A stretch of DNA of 64,000 nt from Sphaerodactylus townsendi (lineage: Eukaryota), in NCBI RefSeq assembly GCF_021028975.2, contig NC_059432.1, positions 82,770,001 through 82,834,000 on the forward strand, read 5' to 3'. Below the pieces are notes generated by a model. That model searched no databases. It was not told the DNA's origin and saw nothing but the letters and a program-made list of their open reading frames with translations. The position numbers and the translations under genes are program-made. Shown here one piece after another: positions 1 through 9,303 of this stretch. Each line of letters starts with the position of its first letter. Position 1 is the stretch's first letter.

Positions 1-1752
1 TTCCTGAAGGCAAATTAACATAATTTCTTACACTTGCCTGTCTTAACTCCTAATATGACTGTCTTAAGAGATTGATACAGAGGCTCCCTGGCACATTTGT
101 AAACGTGTACTTATTGGCAAATTCAAGGACACAGTTGAAAATGTGAGAATACAGCAAAAGTTGGCCTTTGCTCTCCTCTTTTTTCCCTCATAAGGGATCC
201 ACCGCTGGCAGAAAAAAAATCATAGCGAGTTGTCATTCCTCTTAGCAGCACTGATGCCCAAGATCTGAGGTCCTGGCTCAGCTTAGTTGGGGAGAGGGTG
301 CAAGAATTAGTGTGTGGGGGTCTGGACTTCACTTTGCCAGTAATGGGTTCTCCTCTCTCTGCATAATTTGATTTGACTTTGTGACTTTTGGGGGAGTCAT
401 TCTGATGAAAAAAATGACCAAAACTAAATTAACTACTTTGGAAAAAAGTGAAAAGCTACTTTTCTTTCATCTCTCCATTTATGATTTAGCAATTGAATGG
501 ACGGCAGCAAAATAGTCTGAAGTCTGAAAATCCGAACCCCAGTTCTGTCCAGAAAGGAGCATATTTAGGTGGCAATCAGAAATACAAAGTAAGCAGTTAT
601 TTTTGTTCTACCTCCTAGTAGGTGTCTGTTGACTTTATGTTGTGGGGGTGGGACCTAATTTTTTTTAAAGAGGAAGCAAATGTTAAAGTGACGATCTGTG
701 GATCATATTAAATAGTATGCTATCTAAAAGTAAGCTGCAATAACCTCATGAAAAACATTAAAGTCAAAGTTAGAAAGTAAAGAGATGCAACTGTTTTGTG
801 GTTTTATCGCCTTAGTAGTTGAACAGACTCGCCATGGGGCCTATCAGCATTAAAACAGTATGACCTCCCCCCTTCCCGTTTGTAGTCAGCAACCCTCCTA
901 TATTGCTTCGCTGAAAGACAACAACAATTAACTACGTTCTTAGCTGGCTCTGTAGAACATATTGCTGACTGTCCTGTGAATGGTTGTCTGAATTTCGGGA
1001 CATACCAATTCAGCTAACACTGAATCAATAGAAAAGTCTCCGGTCACTTAAAATGGAAATTTGGTGTTCTCTGCATATGTACATCCCGTCCAGTTCCAGA
1101 AGATACAAAGGAAAAAGCAGTTAGTAGCTAACTGAGACAACATGGCTGCAGGTTTGGGATGCAAGGAGGCCACTGTGTTGTAAATTTTGTAGCAAAGCTG
1201 GTGCTTGAATATATACCTAGTCGCTGCTGGGATTTTTGGGGGGGTGGGTGGGGGGAGGAGACTGTAGCAACAAAGAAAGGGCAGTAGGCAGGGCTTGGGA
1301 GGGTATATGAGAGAACAAAAATGAGGAACAGTCCTTTATCTATTAGAAAACAAGACGCAGGATTGAGGGTTCCTTGTATGGAACTTAGGTGTGCAGTATA
1401 CACAAGAGAAGTATGCATTCACCTGGCATAGTCTGTCCTGTTGGTTTGTTTTTGCTTGGTGGTGGTATTGGTGATCATCTCCCCCATCCCTTTCCCCGGC
1501 CTTTATTTATTTGACGGCTTCTTACCTTTATTTGTTTTGCTATGACTTTGTTGTAATTTCCTGAGTTTTCAATATGCTTCTATTTTAACTATTGCTTCTA
1601 TGTTAATTAATGGATTGTTTTTATTTTACTGTGAGGCACCTTGAATGTCTACAGTAGAGAAAGGCAACATGCATCTCTTTTAAAATAACTGTCATTGTGA
1701 AACCAGAAAGGAACATGTTCAGGGGACACAGACACACAAAGATTATGTAGAT

Positions 1753-1918
1753 CAGTGGTTCTCAACCTTCCTAATGCCGTGACCCTTTAATACAGTTCCT
1801 CGTGTTGTGGTGACCCCCAACCCTAACATTTATCCATTTTACAGATAGAAAACACTGATGCAGAGAGTCTTAGGCGACCCCTGTGAAAGGGTCTTGACCC
1901 ACAGGTTGAGAACCACTG
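1753..1918 (+). mobile_element. SPIN/URR1-type non-autonomous hAT MITE
   Basis: TIRs CAGTGGTTCTCAACCT...AGGTTGAGAACCACTG, 8-bp TSD atgtagat; ends match rodent URR1/SPIN_NA as I recall them. Confidence 0.88.
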
Positions 1919-2090
1919 ATGTAGATGTACAAAGCATGATGAAGGAAAAAATCTGCACTTAGAGCCCCAGAAAGCAAGCAGAAGAAGGAAACAGGAGATG
2001 TCCTTACATTATTGTGATGATTAAAACTCACACTTCGTATTGAGACCCATCTTGTTGAATAAGGTTGTTGGGGGTTTTTTTCCTTCCCAG

Positions 2091-2186
2091 GCTCACAGTA
2101 AACAAGATGATGAATTTTGCAGCATTTGGCAATCATTGCAAGGCTCTGGAAAGTCTCAGCCTTCCCAGCAAAATAGACATGAGAAG
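2091..2186 (+). CDS. XRN1: XRN1 exon 32 (96 nt), first exon on the plus strand
   Basis: ttcccag|AHSKQDDEFCSIWQSLQGSGKSQPSQQNRHEK|gttagt, phase 0 acceptor. Confidence 0.93.
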
Positions 2187-5100
2187 GTTAGTGTTATATC
2201 CTTAGAGTGTATAACAATCAATAAAACAGTTGTGCAGAATATTGCAACTGAAAATAAATCTCATTTTTCAGGGTGGAATTGTGCCTCAGTATATAAAGTT
2301 AAATGCAGGTGGCCAGTTTTGTAAACCAGGCTTCAATGAGAGTAGCTTCAAAGGCCAGCAAAGAAAACAAGAGTCGTTTAAAAAGTGTAAGTACTGTTGT
2401 CACTTAGATTGTTTAGTTCTAGAAAGTAGTAATTCTTGATTTCTGGAGATACCTTCCAACTCTGACAGTGGTAATGCACAAGCAGGGCAAGATGTGATGC
2501 TTTTGCCAGCCTAATTTTTCTGCCAGTTTTCAAAGGGGCAGGACATTAATTGATTCTGATATTTTGACTGTTACTTGCAGTGTGATTTATTTATTTTTTT
2601 AATAATAGAATGTATTTTACCTCAACTCTTTTGGTGCTCTCCAACATCCTACATTTTATTCCATGATGTTGTTGAGATTCTCTGCTATAATTTTGTACCT
2701 AGATTTCATCCATTTTTATCAGACTTTCTGAAGGTGAAAGAACAGGTTTTGACAAAAAAAAGTTTTACCTATCTCGTCAGTTTTGAAACATCTGTCTTAG
2801 CTTGTTGGGCTAATATTGTGAACTTTGTTATAGCCAAAGAAGATACAAAAGGTCCAAGAAATGAAGATCAATCACATAAAATAATAAATAAACCAGTAAG
2901 TTTAATCATTTTTGCATGTTGTTTCTGGTAACTATAGGTATGTTAATTTCTTTTCCAGGTTACTTCAGTTATTATAATGAGAAGACATTAGATTACAGTG
3001 TTGGGGACTTTTATTTTCTAGAGCAGTGGTTCCCAATCTGGGATACATGTACCCTCAGGGGTATGTGCCAGAGCATTTGGGGGTATATTTTAAAAATACA
3101 TAAATTACATTAAAAATTACATTTTAAAAATTACGTTTAAAAACTAAGTTTTGCTAATATGGGAGTACAATTTCAGGAAAATGGGTTGCCTGGGGGTATA
3201 CGAATAAAAAAAGGTTTGGAACCACTGTTCTAGAGTCATGCTGAGTGATGTATGGGATGCAGAGCTTCCTGCCAGTCTTCATGGAATTGTGAGCTAGGAT
3301 CCAAACTACCCTGCAGTGCATGGCCAGGGGGGTCACACATTTATTTTGAGGGTAATTTTTGATAAGGCAAAGGGAAGGATGGGGAGCAATGTTTGCACTG
3401 GATGTCACAAGCCTTTTGAGATGCTCTTCCCATCTTGACTAAACTTCATATTGATATCTGCCTTTCTGCTCCTGTGTGTATTTAGGAAAACGACGCTTTT
3501 GGAATATAATTGCCTAGCATATCTAATGAAGTTGCAGTCACTTAAATTGCCCCAATTTTTTCTCTATTACTGATGACTGATTTTAGAAAATTAAAGGTAG
3601 AATTAACTATCAAGCGTTAAGCTCTATAAGCTACTACACTGTTGTAGTCTATTCATATCAAGGAAACTTAGTATGTTAAAAGGCCTGTACTGGTTCTACT
3701 TCTGCCTTTTAAAATGAATCTATTTTAGAAGCTGACACTGAGATGTTAAAACATAAGTAATCCTGTCTGTATCAGAATTTTCCAGGTGCTAATAAATGTA
3801 ATGTGAAGCTTTTAAAGAGAAATGAAGGTCCAAATATACCAGTAGAACAAAAGCCTGCTGTTGATAGTGCCAATATAAATGAGAAGGTACAAGTAAGTAT
3901 TAGCATGCACCTGAGCATATTCTTAGAAGAAAAAGAATTGACAAATGTATTTCACTGCATTTTAATAAGACAGAGTTCCCACCATGGTTTCTATTAAAGG
4001 ACATTTAATGGGACAGAATATCTGATCATGGATTTATAACTGAGCCCTTTGGCGGTAGGGTGGTCTATTAAATTTAATAAATAATAATAATAATAGCATC
4101 TTCTGTAGTTGAACCTTACTTGTTTTATCTCCCCTTTGGGATACCTTGACATGACCCAAAATTCCACTTAGTTGTCTTGTGTTCTTATTGGGCTCCTGGT
4201 TAGCACAGTCTTCCGTCTTTTCTGGCTGTATTGCAGTTAGCTCCATGCATAGTGAAGGTGCATGAATGAACTTGTTCCACACAGCACAATACATTGGAAA
4301 GGCCTTGAATGTGCTGGAGCTCAGTTTGTGAGCTGGAATGTCTGAATTAAAACTGGAGTTCATGGTCAAGTATGAAGGAGCTGGACTGCATATAAAGAGG
4401 TGGGAAAGAACATGTGTCTCCAGTCCCCTTTAATCTTAAATAGACTAAACTGCGCAGTTGAGTTTAAATCCTGAGGATTTCAGTGGCATTTGAACATCTT
4501 TAATCTTTTTTTGGATTGTGTCCTTTTAATTAGCATTTGTCTGCTTATGTTTCTTAGAATGGGTCTGAACTCGAAAATCTTTTGGCATCTTTGAAAATTT
4601 CCAAAGAAAATGAAGTGCAATCAACTTATTCCAAGGAGTCAGTACATGAAGAGCATCTGTCTCCTCAGTCTTTTGCTATGGTTTGTATGTTGTATTACCG
4701 TACATTAGCTGCAAAATTAACTTACTTGATTCCTGTTTATAATGTACTGAAGATTAATACAACAAATTTACATTTTGCTTCGTATTGTACTCAATTTCTG
4801 CTATCTATAAAAAACTGCCAGTGAGGTGTAGTGGTTAAGAACTCTGAACTCTGAACTAGAGAACCAGGTTTGATTTCCAACTTCTCCTCATGAGCAGCAG
4901 ACTTTTATCGGGTGAACTAGTTCTGTTTCCCTGCTCTTCCACATGAAGCCTGCTGGGTGACTGGGCTAGTCACAGTTTTCCAGAACTCTCTCAGCCCCAC
5001 CAAGGTGTCTGTTGTGGGGAGAGGAAGGGAAGGAGTTTGTAAGCCACTATGATGACGACGACGACAGAGAAAGGCAGGGTTAAATCCAAACTATTATTGT

Positions 5101-8100
5101 TGTTATTTAATTTCATTCTCTTCTTTCAACAGAAAGGAACCCAAATGCTCAAAGAAATTTTGAAGATAGATAGTTCTGACACAGCAGAAACTAAGCCAGT
5201 GATTAATGAAACTTCTACTTGTAAGCAGGATTCTTATGGACCTGCCTCACAACACAGACATACAAAAAAGATGGGTATGTACAAAAGCGTGGGTTTCTTT
5301 TGCTAGACAGTTTTTGGGTATGTGTGTTATATAGTTAAAAAATTAACACTGTCAGTGTTAATAATATATTTTTAACATCTTGTGATATTTTTGTGATTGA
5401 TGTCATCCCACGCTAATATTGTGTGTTCATTTTTATGTTATGTTATATTGATAGCTGCGTTCATGAACAAATCCCCAATCTCAGGAGGGCCTCAGAACAC
5501 ACAAGCCATGGAAGCTGGAGGCCACCCTCTTTTTGGACCACCAGGCTCATTATCTACACCAGTGTCTGAGCTTTCTCGTATCTGTTCTCTTGTTGGAATG
5601 TTGCAACCGGAGTTCTCATTCCTCAGAACTGTACAGGTAAGTTTATCTTTAAACAGTAACTCTGAAGAGATCTGAACAAAAATACCATCCTTTTCAAGCC
5701 AAGTAAGGGGAGGGCCTGGCTGCAGCCCAGCTAAGCAAGAGAGGGATGGTATGGTCTATGTAGAAGGAACGCACACAGACTCCCCCGGACTCCTGGACCG
5801 CCTTCTTCCAACACATTTGAGGGGCTTCTGCCACTACAAGGCATACGTTGCAGGAGCAGCCTTTCCCCTCAGCAGTCCCAGCCTGAGTTGCAAATGACGC
5901 CATCAGGTGAGTCTGGGATCATTGCTTCTCAATCCTTAGAAATCCACAGGTAGTCTTTATCTTTAAATAGTAGCTCTACAGAAATCTGAACAAATAAACC
6001 ATCATTTTCAAGCCCTAAGGACTCCAGGACAGATATATAGATATATAACTGTTAAGTACTGAGCTTTAATTGATATTGAGCTTTAACTGCATGAATCTTG
6101 GGGCTTGCAGTACCCAATCTTAGGAGCTAGTAAACATCTTCCCCAAACTTTAAATGTATTAGTTTGAAGGCTTCTTTCACTGCAGTCATTATCAGTGCTT
6201 TTAGTGTCTGTTCCTTGTACATAGTGGGAAATTTGATGCATTATCCAGAGTTAAAAGGCAAATGCAATGCATTTGTTTTGTTTGAGATGAGGACATCCTG
6301 GCATGTTTGGATACTCCTCTTCCCATCATCCTAGGAGGGAAAACCTAGATTTCTGTTTTCCGGGTCTCTTGTTCCTGGACTCTCCCAACTAGTCACAGTT
6401 CTCTCAGAGCTCTCAAGATGTCTGTTAGGAGAGGGAAAGGGAAGGCAATTGTTACCCACTTTGAGACTCCTTAAAGGTAGCGAGTGAAAAAGTGGGGTAT
6501 AAAAACCAACATTTTTTCTTCTAGTAAGCAAGGTCTCCACCCCACCCTCCACCCCCAGTCCAAAAGTCACACTGCACAGGCTACAGCAGTACTGGAGGCG
6601 AGCAAAGACTGGGCTTGCCAGTTTGCAGGAAAGAAGACACAGCAGCAGGTAGCAGCTCTGTGGAAAGTTGGTCTCAGTGAGAAAGTCTCTGTAGGAGCCA
6701 GACTGAAATAATGCAGCTGCATGAGGTTTTGCACTGCTGAGTGGGACATTTGGTATATAAGGAGTTGGAAATCAAGCGGTGTGGCAGCAACATTCTGTTC
6801 GGACTTGAAAGCCACTGTTCATGTTTCTGTTGCTTGGTTTTGATCTTGCTTTGGACTCGGCTCTGTTACACCCTCCTGTACCTGGTGCTTCAATTACATT
6901 AACCGGCTGAACTGGCTGTGAGCTGCCTCCACCTCTGTTGAGGCTCTTTCTACAACAACGTGTGGCTTTGTGACATCACAAATGTGCTAGAATGTCCTTT
7001 TCATCTCAAATGAAAACAGAACAAAGGTTCTTTTTGTTTGAGAACAAGAAGGACATCCTGGACCCATCTAAACTTTTCTGGATTTTTTGTCTCTGGAGTG
7101 GGGGAACCATCTGCTAACCAGGAAATAATTTGTGAAGTTATTCCTTTTTTTACCTTTCTGTTTCCTATAATATTACATATTTAAGTTTTTTCTCCTGACC
7201 AAGTTGTTTGAGAAGGTCAGAATGGAAGAAGGCACATGGCACATGGAGTAGTCTCTTTAGATTTGTGGAAGCCCCTGAACTGAAGAGGGTGGACATTCCT
7301 TTTCCCACTGGGAGGAGGGTGGGTGGAAACAGCAATCTAGTTCCTGCCTCCTAGGATGATGGGAAGAGGAGTACCCAAACATGCCAGGATATCCTCCTTG
7401 TTCTCAAACAAAAGGAATCTTCATTCAAAGTCCAACGTTCCATACCCTATCCCACCAATATACTAACTCTGTTCAATTGTGATTCTTTAGCTTGTGGTTT
7501 TGATAATATAAATAAAACATTGCATCTTGTTTTTCTTCTGCAGACAATGACAGTTTGTCAGGTAAAGCTGTCAAATGGTTTATTAATACATGGACCTCAG
7601 TGTCATTCTGAAAAAGAAGCCAAAGAGAAAGCTGCGCTTTTTGCTTTACAGCAGTTGGTGAGACCAGTGCTCAAAATGTTTTTGAAAAATCTTAATGTTA
7701 GTCTCCTTCTGTTTCATAAACATTCAACGTTTGTTCTTAAACAGAGCTCTATTGGGATGAACTTCCCTTTGCCTCCACCTCCAGTATTTCCAAACTACCA
7801 ACAGATGGGAGCCCTTGTGCCACCTGGATCCATTCCTCCAGTCTTCACTCAGCATGCTGGTAAGCATTTGACTGCTTTGTTCTCTATCACTGGAGGGGAG
7901 AGTATTGTGATTGAGTTACTCCTCCTGCTTGCTCCCCATGGAAGGCCATGCAAAAAAGGTAGAGACTTGATCTCTCTTCTGGGGTATCCAGCAGGTTTTT
8001 ACAAAAGCAAGAAATCCCACCCATCTAAGTTATTTCCCTAAAGACGTCAACTACAATATTCAGAATAAATGAGGCAATCCCACTTAAGTAAACAGAAGCA

Positions 8101-9303
8101 CGGGAAAGAGGCAAATGTTTTTCTTTCTAACTCTGCCATGGAAATCCTTGAGATTCTTAGAATGGATGCTCCTATAACCCTCTCACTTCATTCTTATTTG
8201 TCTCAAGGAAGGTTCCCTCAAATGAAAGGTGGATAAAAAGTTGGAACTGTGCAAATATCAGCTAATTTTTTTTGTTTGCAAGGGTATTTATTTTGTGGCT
8301 GGATGATTCTTTTAGGAGCTTCCTAACAACCTAAAATTGTAAGAGTCTTTTTACACCATCCATGGTTGCTATCTGCCTGTGGCAAATTACTGTTGTTCTG
8401 ACTTCAGTTCCAAATTCTTGAAGTCAGGGTTTTTATTAAGTATCTGGGTTTTTCCCAGTGACTAGGAGTCACTGTTGTTTGCATTGAACTGGAAAATGCC
8501 TAGCTTTGGCTCCTTCTGCACATGCAGAATAATGCACTTTCAATCCACTTTCAGTCTACTTTGCCGCTGGATTTTACTGTATAGCAAAATCCACTTGCAA
8601 AAAATTGTGAAAGTGGATTGAAAGTGAATTATTCTGCTTGTGCAGAAGGGGCCTTTATATTGCAGCGTGGCAGAGGATTACACTACACAGAACCATTTGC
8701 GATGAAAACGGAATCTTTCTTAAAAGTTTGTTCTTTTCACAGCTAATATGTTTCCTTCACCACCTCACGCATTTGGCCCAGTGCCATGGGCAGCACCAGT
8801 ACCTGTTCATGGCAAAGCTTACTATCCTGGCTCATGTCCTAGCAATATGCCACTAGCAGGAACAGTTCCAGTTGGCACACACAACCAGTTTATACCTTTG
8901 CAGGTAAGTTTGACTGTCGTTCTACAAGCGTATATAAATTATGTGTTTAAAAATGCTTCTCAAGATTTTGAAAAATAACAGTTAATATTTTTTTTTAAAG
9001 GTAACTAAAAAAAGGGCTGCTAGCAAGATGCATTTTGATTCTAAGGACTTCTCAGGTACAGTTCAAGATGTGCAATTAAAGAATGAACATCCAGTGTCTT
9101 CTGACACCACAAAACTGAATCCACAGGATGCTTCTTCAGACCCTTTAAGATGTCCTCAAGCTGCTCAACCCATAGTTTTTCAAGAGAAAATGGCTTCTGC
9201 AAGTCCCAGTGCATCTCATAAAAAATCAACACCAAATGTTTCCATCAAGCGAAAGCCGAGAAAATTGGCTGTCAATTTTGGGGTATCCAAATCTTCAGGA
9301 TAA
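2091..9303 (+). CDS. XRN1: XRN1 coding exons 32-42 (C-terminal 507 aa tail, ending RKLAVNFGVSKSSG*); spliced gene span, on the opposite strand to exons 1-31
   Basis: 11 GT-AG exons join in frame (1524 nt including TAA). They contain DDEFCSIWQSLQGSGK, HLSPQSFAM, ELSRICSLVGM, CQVKLSNGLLIHGPQCHSE, HNQFIPLQV and RKLAVNFG, as in vertebrate XRN1. Confidence 0.95.
2272..2386 (+). CDS. XRN1: XRN1 exon 33 (115 nt)
   Basis: GGIVPQYIK...KPGFNESSFKGQQRKQESFKK. Confidence 0.88.
2834..2895 (+). CDS. XRN1: XRN1 exon 34 (62 nt)
   Basis: KEDTKGPRNEDQSHKIINKP; phase 1 to 0 fits. Confidence 0.85.
3024..3227. mobile_element. hAT-Charlie-like MITE
   Basis: TIR cagtggttccc.../...ggaaccactg, TSD ttctagag. Confidence 0.85.
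3776..3886 (+). CDS. XRN1: XRN1 exon 35 (111 nt, symmetric phase 0, possible cassette exon)
   Basis: NFPGANKCNVKLLKRNEGPNIPVEQKPAVDSANINEK with AG/GT. Confidence 0.72.
4558..4680 (+). CDS. XRN1: XRN1 exon 36 (123 nt)
   Basis: NGSELENLLASLKISKENEVQ...EEHLSPQSFAM. Confidence 0.93.
4817..5105 (+). mobile_element. Squam3-like tRNA-derived SINE
   Basis: tRNA-like head ggtgtagtggttaag...ggtttgatttcc, body ctgggtgactgggctagtcacag, microsatellite tail. Confidence 0.8.
5133..5274 (+). CDS. XRN1: XRN1 exon 37 (142 nt)
   Basis: KGTQMLKEILKIDSSDT...HTKKM. Confidence 0.92.
5455..5636 (+). CDS. XRN1: XRN1 exon 38 (182 nt)
   Basis: AFMNKSP...STPVSELSRICSLVGMLQPEFSFLRTVQ. Confidence 0.93.
6272..7422 (+). 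mobile_element. Non-autonomous DIRS-like element (inverted terminal repeats plus internal complementary region) with a nested SINE fragment at ~6388-6523
   Basis: 6272-6360 is an inverted repeat of 7327-7415; 6989-7060 is complementary to both outer ends. Confidence 0.75.
7544..7657 (+). CDS. XRN1: XRN1 exon 39 (114 nt)
   Basis: TMTVCQVKLSNGLLIHGPQCHSEKEAKEKAALFALQQL. Confidence 0.95.
7745..7859 (+). CDS. XRN1: XRN1 exon 40 (115 nt)
   Basis: SSIGMNFPLPPPPVFPNYQQMGALVPPGSIPPVFTQHA. Confidence 0.92.
8508..8653. mobile_element. Palindromic MITE (PIF/Harbinger-like)
   Basis: ggctccttctgcacatgcagaataatgcac...tgcagaaggggcc; sister copies at 40425 and 60438. Confidence 0.75.
8743..8903 (+). CDS. 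XRN1: XRN1 exon 41 (161 nt)
   Basis: NMFPSPPHAFGPVPWAAPVPVHGK...HNQFIPLQ. Confidence 0.93.
9001..9303 (+). CDS. XRN1: XRN1 terminal coding exon 42
   Basis: VTKKRAASK...KRKPRKLAVNFGVSKSSG*, TAA at 9301-9303. Confidence 0.95.
   Translation, partial: VTKKRAASKMHFDSKDFSGTVQDVQLKNEHPVSSDTTKLNPQDASSDPLRCPQAAQPIVFQEKMASASPSASHKKSTPNVSIKRKPRKLAVNFGVSKSSG

Noticed and set aside
123-332. Minus-strand ORF containing QDLRSW, superficially like GK5 exon 4 (WQDLR)
   Set aside because: Only four residues match; there is no HNFISW context or fitting splice sites.
1-2090. Possible inverted duplication of XRN1 (two copies) rather than an inversion
   Set aside because: No exon occurs twice, and I see no reverse-complement match between 1-2090 and 22127-27506. 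It cannot be fully excluded without the left flank.
4817-4900. tRNA-like A/B box sequence
   Set aside because: Head of a tRNA-derived SINE, with no complete cloverleaf.
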